Origin: Octopus vulgaris
Lineage: Eukaryota
NCBI GenBank assembly: GCA_951406725.2
Contig: OX597820.1
Span: forward strand, 45,322,001-45,386,000
Direction of reading: 5' to 3'
Length of the DNA stretch: 64,000 nucleotides
Shown here: positions 26,728 to 40,801 of the stretch, one piece after another
Layout of the letters: every line of letters starts with the position of its first letter
Numbering within the stretch: position 1 is the stretch's first letter
The notes under the pieces: model-generated
What the model saw: the letters and a program-made list of their open reading frames with translations, nothing else
Database searches by the model: none
What the model was told of the DNA's origin: nothing
Position numbers and translations under genes: made by a program

Positions 26728-29069
26728 CCTTCAAGTTCCGTCTACTAAATCCACTTACAAGACTTTGGTTGGCCCAGGGTGTCATGCAGTGGGACCGAAC
26801 ACGGAACCATGAGGTTGAGAAACAAAGTTCTTATCACACACCACGCCTGCACCTATTTATTTATTTATTCATTTATCTATTTTTACTTTACTAAATCCTA
26901 ACTCCTCAAAGTATTAGGAAGCTGGCTTATTTACTAAAGATTCTATGCATAGTATCCTGTTGCTGATACTGAGAAAAAAAACCCCACAGATTTTAGTCCA
27001 TCTTGTTATCACTAGTCCTTGTGTAGTTGACAAGTGTTTTAGTAACGTTCATATCCTATGATTCAATGGTCTCTTAATGATGAGCACTGACATTCCAGCG
27101 TTGTTAGAGCTTTGTACAAAGAAAGCAGACTCCTCGACTCAATATCGAAGAAAATTACTATATGTAGGCTAAATTTACACTTATATCTTTCTTTTATTTT
27201 TTTATGTTTTAGTCATTGAATTACGCCCATGAAGTGTTTAGTCGAACAAATCGTTAGCAGAATTTATTTTTAAAACTCTGATACCTGCTATCATTCTCTT
27301 GTGCCGTGTCAAGAAGTCACGGAGGCACAACACCGGTTGGCAAGCGTTGGTGGGAAACAAACATAAACATAAAGACAAACAGACAGACACACACACACAC
27401 ACACACATACACACATATATGTGTACGACGGGCTTTTACAGTTTCCGTCTACTAAATTCACTCACAAGGCATTGGTCGACCTGGGGTTATATTAAAAGAT
27501 ACATACCCAAGGTGCCGCGTAGTGGCACTAAACTCAAAACCACATGGCTCCAAAGCGACCTTCATAACCACACAACCATGTTAAGTTATTTTACTAATTT
27601 ATTGAATTACACCACAATAGTGAGAAAGGCGGAAAGATGGCGAGCTGGCAGAATCGTTAGCACACTGGGCAAAATGCTTATCGGTATTTCATCTGTCTTT
27701 ACGTTCTGAGTTCAAATTCCACCGAAGTCGACTTTGCTTTTCATCCTCTAAAATAAGTATCAGTTGAGTACTGGGGTCGATATAATCGACTTTATCCCTC
27801 CCCCGAACTTTCTGGTCTGGTGCCAAATTTGGAAACCAACGTTGCAAAACACGGAACCCTCTCCCATTATTTTGGAACTGATAAGGAACACTCGTTTGTT
27901 TTCTTTAAAAAAAATTGAGTGTACGGTAAAATATATATTTGTTCAGCATTTACTTGTAAGTATGTAATTTGTTTTGGAGAGTTTAATGGTCTAGTATATA
28001 GAACCTAGTTTATGATACACATCATCTGAATACTTTAAATTCTTATTTTGTCTGATCTCCAACTACTTCTATTTCGGAAGAAAGCAAACACCTTGAGTGT
28101 CTATAGATCTGCTTACTTTACTAAATAAATCTACTGGTGTGTCAACGATATATGTAAATCTGTCTAAATTCACATTCTATAGTTCCATGGAAATAACCAC
28201 ATTGAAATAAATTCCAACATATCTACGATTTTTCTTTTCGCTTAAAACAGTTTGAATTATTATTTCCAGTATGAATTATATTTGTCTTTTCGCTATTGCT
28301 AATAATACTTCCTCTTAATGTCGAGGATTTATAAAAGTAATGTCTTTTAAAATAAAATAAAATAAAATTGTACAATGTTTTAATAAGATAAAATTATTTA
28401 TGTCTGTGCCATTCTCATCGTTAAACCAGGCGTTACTGGCTTGTTTCTCTACTATTACATCGTTATTCTATAAAAACACCCATGAATGTAGATTATATTT
28501 ATTATTTTAGCTCGGATGAGAAAGCATTCCTGAGATATATCCCATATTAATGGGAAAATATGTGTTGAGCAAACTACTATATAGCTATTTTGATCTGTTT
28601 AGTGCAGTTTCTGTCTTGTGTTCTCTCGTCTTTATAGGGCAATGGGAAAACTTTGTTACAGAGTAATTTTTGTAACTACTATACAGGCGTTTACATAATA
28701 AATGAGATCCGTTTTAGCCGGGCTGAGATCTTGTGCTGCCTCGTCTTTCTATAGCCACGAAACGCTATTTTGTGCAGAAAATAAACCATTCAGTTAGGAG
28801 CCAAGTCGAGTAACCTTTTTAATATGTAAGTCAAATTGCAAACGTGTAGAAGCTCATCTGTGTTACGAAAAGTAATGAATCTATTTATTTCTACAAATCC
28901 ATAGGTTAGCAGCTCACGTTAAATTACTATTTTGGACTTCTTCGGGCTTAAACCTTTTTCTGTTTTTCTCTCTATATAGTTTTAAAGATGTTGTCAGACA
29001 TCAGTTTCAATCTTAAACGCGATTCAAATTTCGCCCTAGGGTGAGAAACAACCAGGAAAGGAGAGGTTG

Positions 29070-29240
29070 GTAAAGAAGCCATACTTGCAATCTTCAATTC
29101 GGTGTTCGTGCCTGTCCTCGCTTACGATCATGAATGTTCTGTAATGACCGAAAGAGCAAATACATCGCAAATACAAGCGATCGAAAATGGATTCACTCAG
29201 AAGGATCTCTGGGGTAATGGTACTCGACCGGGTAGGAGTT
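29070..29240 (+). mobile_element. RTE (Expander/Rex3-like) fragment
   Basis: AIFNSVFVPVLAYDHECSVMTER resembles the IYVPTLTYGHE.WVMTER motif. Confidence 0.6.
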
Positions 29241-29810
29241 TGTAGGTTTTTGAAAGTAGTGAGGTGATGGGTAGATGTTTGGGAAGGCGCTTTTAGTGTT
29301 TCTTTAAGAAAAAAAATGAAAGAAAAAATTCTTAAAGATTCTCTGCTTGTTTTTCCATGGATTAGCAAGAAGAAAATTCGAAAAAAGTGAAAAAATGAAG
29401 GAATTGGGATGGGGATGGAGAAAATTTAAATGTTGAGAATATGTTTTATTATTTTTTTGCGAAATCCTAATCTCCTGTATTGAAAACAGGAATCGGAAGA
29501 AATTTAGGGAAAACATCAGGTGAGGGGCGCGCTAGAAACAACATGTGAAGGACAAGATTTCTGGGAGAACTTCCTTTTAAATTCATATCGAAGATCAGGT
29601 TTTTAGATAGACTCATTACAAACACGAATTACAGAATAGTAAAAGGTGATTTCAATTGGATCTGAGCTGTAATTTTGCGCGTGCACACAGCAAGAAATAA
29701 TTCATACAGAAATTTTACAGAAGTTTTATCTAGAGTGTGTGTGTGCGTGCGCGCACGTGTGTGTATATGAGTATGTGTGTGTGTGCGTGTGTGTATCTGT
29801 GTATGTGCGT

Positions 29811-29848
<38 letters not shown>

Positions 29849-29936
29849 CAAAGGAAGTTATGTTATGGCATTCTTTCGTTTGAAACGGGAAAGTTGTCAA
29901 CTCGATCATATAGTCGATCACATGGGATCATGTTTG

Positions 29937-30099
29937 TTCGTTAATTTCCGTAATTTTAAAATTTATTTATGGTTTGAAGAGAGTAGAAATTAAAAGAGAG
30001 CAGAAAGAGAAAAGGCAACATTTGCTTTGAAGTGAGAGCAAAAAGTGAAAGAGAGGAGAAAATGAAAGATGTATGTACGTGTATATGAAATGGACGTGT

Positions 30100-30147
<48 letters not shown>

Positions 30148-30927
30148 TACTGAGTGAAAGTGTAAATTGTCATGTATGTATTTTTTGCATGTATGTGTAA
30201 GTGGCACTCACTTTCTCTTTCTCTTTCTCTCTCTCTCTCTCTCTCACACACACATACACATTATCTTTCATATACACGTTCATAAATACATATACATACA
30301 TCTTTTTTGTATGTATGTGTGCGTGTGCACACATGTAAGAAAGTGAGTGAGTGATTATATTTCCTCATAACTTACAGAAATGGATGTATTTTAAAGTACA
30401 CACTCATATAGAAAATGTAAGGTCCTCGCCGTCGTGGTATGAAATGTCATTTAGGATAGTTTAATTATAGAAAGATTATAATGTCAAGTTTTCGTAATGC
30501 AAATATGTAAATGAAAATAAAATTCATTTGTTAACCGAAAGATTACTGAATCTTTTGATGCCCCATACGTCAAAATCGGCAACTCAGTTTTCGAATGTAT
30601 TCGTTAATTTCCATAAAATATTTGTATTTCATTATGCTTTGAAGAGAGCAGAAATCGAAAGAGAAAAGAAAGTAAAACCGCAACATTTGCTTTGAAGTGA
30701 GAGCAGAAAGTGAAAGATGTATGTACATGTATATGAGATGGACGTGTGTGTGTGTGCATGAGAGAGAGAGAGAGTGAGTAAGTGAAGGTGTGTGTTGTCA
30801 TGTATGTGTAAGTGGCACTCACCCAGTCTCTCTCTGTGTCACACACACACATCTTTCATATACACATACATAAATATATGTGCATACATCTTATTGTATG
30901 TATGTAGGTGTGCGTGTGCGTGTGTAC

Positions 30928-30986
<59 letters not shown>

Positions 30987-31255
30987 AGTGACTGTATTTC
31001 CTCATAACATATAGAGAAATATATGTCTTTTAAGGTACACACTCATATAAAAAATGTGACGCCGTTGTCGTTGTCATCATGGAATAAAATAGTTTCGATA
31101 GTTGACTTATAGAAAAGAATATAATGTAAAATTTTTGCAATGCAAATATATAAATGAAGATATAGTTTATTTGGTAGACGTAAGATTACTGAATCTTTTG
31201 ATACCCCATACGTCAAAATCGGCAACTCAGTTTCCGAACGCATAAGGAAGATAGT

Positions 31256-31348
<93 letters not shown>

Positions 31349-31379
31349 TCTCTTATATATATATATATATATATATAGA
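29937..31379 (-). mobile_element. Helitron-like non-autonomous element containing two about 660-bp tandem units
   Basis: Units start ttcgttaatttcc at about 29937 and about 30600 and end with gattactgaatcttttgat.ccccatacgtcaaaatcggc. The minus-strand 5' end TCTATATAT lies at about 31379. Confidence 0.55.
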
Positions 31380-31702
31380 AGTATCCCTGTCTGTCGTTCT
31401 CTTTGTCTCTCACATTCCCTACGTGTCTATCCCTACCTGTCTCCTCGCCTTCCCTGATGTCAATCACCCTCATTATGCCACATTCTCTGAAACTAACACT
31501 TTTGCACCCCTCTCATTTTATCATGTAATAGCCCAACCCTTCGTAGTCGGTCCATCATCAGTTTTTATTGAAATCCAATTCACCTACAATTGGACTGGAT
31601 GTTAGTTCAACATGTATACAAAGTTTGGTGAAGATTGGTTCCCTGGTTTCGGCAGCATGATGATAACAGACAGACAGAAATTGCCATTTATATATAAAAT
31701 GC

Positions 31703-31737
<35 letters not shown>

Positions 31738-33078
31738 TGTCGGGGCAGGTATTTGTCATTTCGAGAATTACTACTCTAGCGGATTCAGGTATCTTCAGGT
31801 ATTTCCAGTGAACTCTGGTGTCACAAACAGTAAAAGAAATCTCATAATAACGTGTTATATCAGTACAACAAGACATTTTGGACAGCTGAAGGTGGGTGAA
31901 TGGTGGTTGGTGAAGGCGCCAATGTGATTTAAGAAAAAGGAAACGGATCGTATTAAATTAGTTACAGAAATACCAAACCTTTCTCTTTGCACTTTCATGT
32001 TTTATGGACTTAGGCATTTGTTTACGAAGACAAAGACACAATGAAAAATATGCGCATACATAAGTATAATGAAATATAATATAATAAATATATGCTTGAG
32101 TGTTTGTGTTTGTGTGTATGTGTACGTATTTGTGTGTGTGTTTATTTGTATTTCTGTGTGTGTGTGAGTGTGTGTTTGAGACCATATAGGAAATTCTTTG
32201 ACAGATTTTTCTCAGGTAATTTAAAGACATTTGGATCCTAAACATAATGATGTCATTGGCCGACGGCGAAATTTCAGTGGAGGATCAGAAAGGGTATATT
32301 AAAAAAAGAAAGAAAGGAAGAAAGAGAGAAAGGAAAATTATTCATGGAGTGTTGTTTTACTTTCCTGGCACCAGGTTTTTCTCACGAAGCAAAACTGTGG
32401 AGAACAAAAAAACAAAAAACGAACCAACACACTCATACACAAATGTTTAACATATATATGTATACACACTCACACATATATATATATATATAATGTATGT
32501 ATATATAAATACATGTGTGTGTGTGTTTAAGCTAATAAAAAACAAAATAAAAAACATAAAAGGCCATATAACTTACAAACGTGACAGGTTTTCTTATATT
32601 TCTTTGACAGTCTTTCAATATTAAGAACTCCACCCAATTGTGGGTATTTTATGACACGGAACTAATGACATAGGATTAACTATTCACAAGGAAAACTATG
32701 TGTGTGAGTGTTTGTGTGTGTATGTACAGTTGGTGTTGTAACAGTCACTTAGTTGTTACTTGTATAGTGAAAGATAGTAGCCGTTGTTTTCTTTTAATGT
32801 TTGGATACTCTCCGTTTGGGAAGATATTCCTAAAATGCTTTACCCCACAGTTTTTATGTGTAGATTGAACAACGGTAACTGGTTCAGTTGGGAATAAGAC
32901 TTTTCCTTTATAAATTCTTCTGAATTATCTAATGTCACGCTACGCTGCACATTCCCACAGATACCCAATAAAAAAAAACTGGAAGTGCATGCGTGTGTGT
33001 GTGTGTGCGTTCGTTTGTTTGTTTCTATAGAAACAGATTTGCTTGCGTATGTAGATGTAAGTATATGTGTATGTGTAT

Positions 33079-33310
33079 AAGGCGGCGAACTGGCAGAGAC
33101 GTTAGCACACCAGACGAAGTGCTTCGCGGCATTTCGCCCGTCGCTACGTTCTGAGTTCAAATTCCGCCGAGGTCGACTTTGCCTTTCATCCTTTCGGGAT
33201 CGATAAATTAAGTACCAGTTACGCACTGGGGTCGATGTAATTGACTTAATCTGTTTGTCTGTCCTTGTTTGTCTCCTCTATGTTTAGCCCCTTGTGGGTA
33301 ATAAAGAAAC
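33079..33310 (+). mobile_element. SINE family B, intact
   Basis: aaggcggcgaactggcagagacgttagcac head plus the core above. Other copies at about 1481-1695(+), 2367-2575(+), 2843-3033(-), 8245-8457(-), 24286-24525(-), 27636-27837(+). Confidence 0.92.
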
Positions 33311-34492
33311 ATATATGTGTATGTGTATTATGTAGGTATCCGTATATGTACGTATTTATTTATGTGTACGTATCTTTATCGTTTATCTTTTACTTGTTTT
33401 AGTCATTAGACTGCAGCCATGCTGGGGCACCGCCTTGAAGAGTTTTTAGTCGAGCGAATAGACCCCACTACTTTTTTCTTTTTTTTTTTTGCTAAACCTG
33501 GTATTTATTTTATCAGGGTCTTTTGTCAAACCGCAAAAATCACGGGACGCAAACACGCCAACACCAGTGTCAAGCGGTGGTGGGGGAACACATACACATT
33601 CACACACACATAGAATAAGAAATAGAATATCCTCGGTACAGTATTATATATTTTTGAAAAAATGAATAGAAATGGCTTTTCTGTAATAATTGAATAGGAA
33701 AATTATATATATATATATATGTGTATGTATGTATGTATGTATGTATGTATGTATGTATGTACGACGGACTTCTCTCAGTTTCTGTCTAGCAAATTCACTC
33801 ACATGGTCAACCCGTGGCTATTGTAGAAGACACTTGCCCAAAACACCTCGCAGAGAACGACAGACAGGGATACTTCTATATATATAAAAGAGATTTTGTG
33901 TGTGTGTGTGTGTGTGTGCACTATCTTCCTTATGCGTTCGAAAACTGAGTTGCCGATTTTGACGTATGGGGTATCAAAAGATTCAGTAATCTTACGTCTA
34001 CCAAATAAACTTTATTTTCATTTACATATTTGCATTGCAAAAATTTTACATTATAATCTTTTCTATAAGTCAACTATCGTAAACATTTTATTCCATGACG
34101 ACAACGACAACGGCGTCACATTTTTTATATGAGTGTGTACCTTAAGAGACATATATTCCTCTACATGTGGTTAGGAAGTACACTTCTTACCACATAGCCA
34201 CGTATATGTATGTTTGTGCATACGAATGTACGGTGTGTTTAAGTATTAAAAATTTTTTTTTAATCGACAGAAAGTTACAAAGGTCATTTCTCAAACTGAT
34301 AAGTATCATTCGTGCACGGGACCCTCGGCCAAAGAGTCATTTTTGTAACTTTCAGCCGATTAAAAAGTGCAAAAGTGTATATACACATGAATTGATTTCT
34401 CTTTTCTCTGTGTATGTGCATAGATAAATATATGTACATGCATGTATATTTGTACGCACTTCTATATTTGTATATGTATATATGTGTGTGTG

Positions 34493-34563
<71 letters not shown>

Positions 34564-34639
34564 ATTTCACAACCGAAAAACCTACTAATAGTTTTATGCT
34601 TTTGTGATACTTGAGCAGACAGATTATGGTACTGTTAAA

Positions 34640-35830
34640 GCATTCATTTGGAATACCTGAAGTTCTGGATTATCTACTAAGTGGCTAATTCGTGTTCTTA
34701 TCCGCCTTTTAGTTTTAGCATACCAGCGCCTGTCTCTAATGGCCCAAATGCTTTCTAAGCCTTCATATCCTTTATGGCCAATTCGTTCGTATAGCTGGTA
34801 ATTTCAATAGCTAGTCTCTCTGCCGGTTCTTCTTGGGATAGTCTCCCTTTCCCCCATGCATTTCTTCTGATTCACTAACCTGTCATAATAGCTTTTACAT
34901 GCCCCTTTTTTGTCGGGGTCAGTGAGAAATATGTCCATTGCGCTTTCGTTACGTGCATATTTCTCTTCAACATCTATTCCTTAGTAGAAAAAGAAAGAAA
35001 AAAATGACGTACATCAATACTGATATACTATCTTGGTCCGGACACTTCTCGCTTCTGATCCTTGCCTTTGCAGACCATTAGAAAACTCTCTTTCCAATCC
35101 CCTCTTTACTATGTATACTTGATTTTAGCTGCTCTTTTAGCTGCTTTATATCGTTTCTTGTTCTTCCTCCTTTTTTCATAGGGACATCTCTTAGCTTTGG
35201 TAACTTTATTTACTGTATCGTTTCACCATCATATTATCTTCCGTCTTGCTGGAACCTTGTTCCATCCTCCGACCGCCTTGTAAGCACACAACAGGCTATT
35301 TCATGATAACTCAGGGTCGCTTTTTATATTATAAATGTCTATTTCCTTCTTAGCATATGCGTCACCAAATATTTTTTTTAAACTACACCATGTTTAAAGA
35401 ATTTTCAATTTCTATACCATCTTTCTCCAGACTGTCTTGTGTCTCTAGGTCTGATGTCACTAATCACTAGTCTATGTCAAGTGGTACAGTCTTTGTCACT
35501 AAATGGCTTATAGTATTCAGCATCGTTTCTGTTTCTCGTTTACTGGTAAGTATGAAGCATATCTGGTCTGACTGGTTGATAGGTGTCCAGTAATTGATTG
35601 GTTTCCTTCAAGTTAGTGTTGTAAAAGTTTTGGCTACTTGCAATCACAGAACTTTAAAAGAACTGATCCCTCTCTGCTCTGTATACAATAACCATATCGT
35701 CCCTTTACAGTAGAATAGCCACCAAGGTGTTGCCCAGCATGTCCATTAAAGTTTCCATCCATAATAAAAAAAAGTCGCCATTCAGTTACTCTGTAAGAAA
35801 GCCCGTTTGTTCATCAGTCAATCCTGGTTA
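34640..35830 (-). mobile_element. Highly decayed LINE (RTE-like endonuclease-linker region)
   Basis: Non-repetitive tract with minus-strand remnants of endonuclease-end and linker-like sequence; no long ORF. Confidence 0.4.
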
Positions 35831-36086
35831 CAGTGTATATATATATATTTTTATTTCACCTGTCTCAGTCATTAGACTGCAGCCTTGCTGGGGCACCGCC
35901 TCGAAGAATTTTCAGTCGACCGAACCGACCCCTGCATTTACTTTTCTTTAAGCCTGACACTTATTCATTCGGTCTTTTTTGCTGAACAGCTAGGTTACAG
36001 AGACGTAAACATACCAACACTGGTTGTCAAGTGGTGGCGGGCACAAACACAGACACGAAGACACACACACGCACGTACACACACAC

Positions 36087-36204
<118 letters not shown>

Positions 36205-36499
36205 TACTGGCTTCTTTCAGTTTCCGTCTCCCAAAACCATTCCCGAGGCTTTGGTCGGCTCGAGGCTTTAGTAGAAGACACTTGCCCAAGGTGCCATGCA
36301 GGAGGACTGAACCCGGAACCATGTGGTTGGCAAGCAAACTTCTACCACACAGCCACGCCTACAGAGAAAAAATACCTTTCATGTTGCCTATGACTTGTTT
36401 TAACTTAATCTGTCACATACTCTTACTAAGTTACTTAATCTATTTCTCTGCCGAAACACCAACTCTACCGGCTACAATGTTATTATTACTTACCCAGAA

Positions 36500-36780
36500 C
36501 AATTGCCATTCCTTCGATATAACTCGACAAAATCAAAACATTTCACTTCGGGTATTTCCGTGGGTTGTGGAGTAATAGATATAACGAAATTATGCCAGCA
36601 ATGTCTCATTTTAAACTTGAAGAAAAAAAAAGGCCTTGCATATTTGTTCTTACCTGTTTCATGTGTGTATGTAAAAATCCTCAAATTTCCAAGCAGAAAA
36701 CAGAATCGAACTGTCATTTGCTTCCACGGAAATAGCCGAAGTGAAATGTTTTGATTTTGTCGCGTTATATCGAGGGAATG
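36500..36780. mobile_element. Inverted-repeat element (about 55-bp arms, about 160-bp spacer)
   Basis: cattccttcgatataactcgacaaaatcaaaacatttcacttcgggtatttccgtgg vs ccacggaaatagccgaagtgaaatgttttgattttgtcgcgttatatcgagggaatg. Confidence 0.75.
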
Positions 36781-37324
36781 CCGAACAATTTGTACCAGTT
36801 ACCAGACTGAGAAAATTCTGGTCAAGTTTATGTTTCCATCATTCCCGTTTCGGTTTTTAATTTTCCTTTAATTTTACTTTCATTTCACTTCTTCGATAAT
36901 ACGGAACACCATATTCTAAACCAAGCATGAGTAACCTTTTCAAGAATCGGGTTGTGTAAGACATGGCACTTCATCAAGCAGAATCCAAGTTAATTTTTCA
37001 TTAGGTGTGCACATTTAGAAAGTCCAACGACCGCAGTTTGCTCACGACTGTCCTAAGCTAACGCTTAAGTTTTTTTTTTCTAAATATATATATATATTTT
37101 TTTAATATTCTTAAGATTGATTATCAAAATTTCTAATATCATGTAAACCAATTTTTCTGGAAGTGAAAATCAACATATTAAATCAACGACTAAATAAAAA
37201 ATGGTTCATTAGAATCTACGAGTGGAAATATATATGAAAGAAGGTTTGAAAATGCAATTTTAAAAGGTGTTTATTCACATGACCGATTTCACTTTTTTAG
37301 AAAAAGATTGTCAAAAGTAAGAAG

Positions 37325-37531
37325 TCAGAAAACAACACAGCTCCCATGACTTTCGGAAACATTTCTTCACACTCAGAGTTGCTGAAGCATGGAATAAACT
37401 GCCTGCGTCAGTTGTTGACTGCCATGACGCTGCATCCTTTAAGGTCCTCATGCTTTCCGAAATCCGTCGAAACTACACCTGATTATATATACACTTTCGA
37501 TGAGTTGTAGTGCACCTGAGCACTGTACACA

Positions 37532-37588
<57 letters not shown>
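37325..37588 (+). mobile_element. CR1-like LINE 3' end with (ATT)n tail
   Basis: FRKHFFTLRVAEAWNKLPASVV...AASFK matches the CR1 C-terminal FF..RV...WN.LP motif. Confidence 0.75.
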
Positions 37589-37704
37589 GAGTGAGCGAGC
37601 AGAGCATGCCATCAAAGTGACACACAAAACAATGTACATGATAACACTTCCAATCAGTTAAGATCAGAAGCCATGAGAGCCACTGACTGGTACTGCATCA
37701 GGGC

Positions 37705-37774
<70 letters not shown>

Positions 37775-38023
37775 TAAAAGCTTTGTAAAAACTTTGTAAA
37801 AACTTTGTTCGGTTTAGTGCTGGTTGTCACAAAAGTATTAAAATACATATATACATTCTTTGTATATAACAATGTATATATGTATTGTAATATTTTGTGA
37901 CAACCAGTATTTAACACAATAAAGTTTTTACAAAGCTTACATTTTACTTTTGACAATCTTTTTCTAAAAAAGTGAAATCGGTCAAGTGAATAAACAACTT
38001 TTAAAATTGCATTTTCAAATCTA

Positions 38024-38078
<55 letters not shown>

Positions 38079-38293
38079 GAAGGTTTGAAAATGCAATATA
38101 TACTTTTATATATATATATGAAAGTAGGTTTGAAAATGCAATTTTAAAAGGTGTTTATTCACTTGACCGATTTCACTTTTTTAGAAAAAGATTGTCGACA
38201 GTAAAATGTAAAAGCTTTATAAAAAATTTATTGTGTTAAATACTAGTTGTCATAAAATATTACAATACATATATACATTGTTATATACAAAGA

Positions 38294-38300
<7 letters not shown>
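37775..38300. repeat. Inverted copies of an about 180-bp repeat around a (TA)n tract; third partial copy at 37229-37320
   Basis: gaaaatgcaattttaaaaggtgtttattcac.tgaccgatttcacttttttagaaaaagattgtc occurs at about 37248 and about 38132, and in reverse at about 37950-38018. Confidence 0.8.
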
Positions 38301-39067
<767 letters not shown>

Positions 39068-39225
39068 ACTGTACTAGAGCGCTCGGTCAGTAAAGCGAGT
39101 AATGATATTATTAATAAAAACATGTGAAAACCAGTTACTCAGGGTTTTTTTGAAATTCACAATGTTTTTGCTGTTTTTAGAAATAAAATTACACACACAC
39201 AAACGCGCGCGCGCACATATATATA

Positions 39226-40488
39226 TCAGGTCATCCCATAAGTTCTGTCCGAATTTTGAATAAAGAAAACAATCGATCAAATGTTATATTTAATTGAAAT
39301 TTATTCATCAGTGTACTTGCCCTGATCATTTATGACTTCCTTCCATTTACTTACAAGCTTTTTAATCCAATCAATGTAAAACGCTTTTGGTTTCAAAGCG
39401 AAGAACACTGAAATGTCAGTTTCGACCTCCTGGCTTGCGAAAGTTATGTCCCCCAAATGATTCTGTAAACTACGAAACAAATGGTAGTCTGAAGGAGCAA
39501 GGTCGGGAGAATAAGGTGGATGAGGAATTTTTTCCCCAACCAAACTCTTTGGTCTTCTGTGATGTGATATTTGCAGTGTGGAGTCGCGCATTGTCCTGAC
39601 GAAACATCACTCCTTTTCGATTCACTACTAAAGTGGGTCTTTTTGCTTCAAAGCTTGGTTCAAACACTCTAATTACTGACAGTAGATTTGACCAGTGATT
39701 GTTGCATTAGGTGGTAACAATTCAAAGTGAATTGCTCCTTTGCATTCCCACCAGATAGAGAGAAGAACCTTTTTCCCATGAAGTTCCCTTCTCGGTTGTG
39801 ATTGAGCTTTTTCCCTTTTACCAAGCCACTGTTTACGACGTTTAACATTTCGATAGAAGACTCATTTTTTGTCACCAGCCACAAGTCTATCCAAAAAGGG
39901 TGAAATGAATTCGCGAGAATGGAGAGAAGAGCAGATGTCAACTCGGGATTTGCGATTGTTTTCGGACAATTCGTGAGGTACCCATTTTCCAAGTTTAGGA
40001 ACCTTTCCAAGTTGATGAAGATGACGTTGAACAGGTGTATGGTTTGAACTAAGCTTTATTGCTAATTCTTTAAATGATAATGCAGGATGGATTTTCTTCA
40101 AATAATACCTCAAGGAGCTTATCATCAAACTCAACTGGACGTCCTGTCCAATCTTCATCCTCAAGGCTGAAATCTCCACTTCTGAATTTTGCAAACCACC
40201 TTCTGCAAGTTCTTTCATTCAAGCATTCTTTCCCATAAACTGAGTTTCCTTTTTTTGTACTCATAAAGCATTATGTGCCTCAAATGCTCTTTAGATACTT
40301 CCATGTTAGAAAGGGTTTTAATCAAAGAAATTTTAATTCTATTATTCTGTAAAATAATATTTAATTAGTTTAAATGTACACAAATGCATAAAAATAATTT
40401 TAAATTCCATTAGACATTCTAAAATACTATTAAATTTCATTCAATTTTAAAAAAGGTAAAATCGGACAGAACTTATGGGATGACCTGA
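39226..40488 (-). mobile_element. Near full-length decayed mariner (about 1.26 kb)
   Basis: TIRs tcaggtcatcccataagttctgtccga with TA on both sides; WVPHEL, QDNARLH and PPYSPDLAPSDYHLF motifs over several frames. Confidence 0.95.
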
Positions 40489-40748
40489 TACATACATATG
40501 TACACGTACGCACGCGCGCACGCACACACACACACATACATACATATTTGAGCACATACGGTAAGGTGTCTCGTGCGACACTCTGACATTCAGTCAATCT
40601 ACTACTCTGAAATGGTGCTTGATTTTATCGATTTTGAAAAGACGAAAGGAAAATTTGGTCTAGAAGGATTTGAACTCAGACCGAAGTGAGCCGGAATAAA
40701 TTCAACAACATACTAGTTTTAGTCAAAAGAGTGAAATGTATATATATG

Positions 40749-40801
<53 letters not shown>

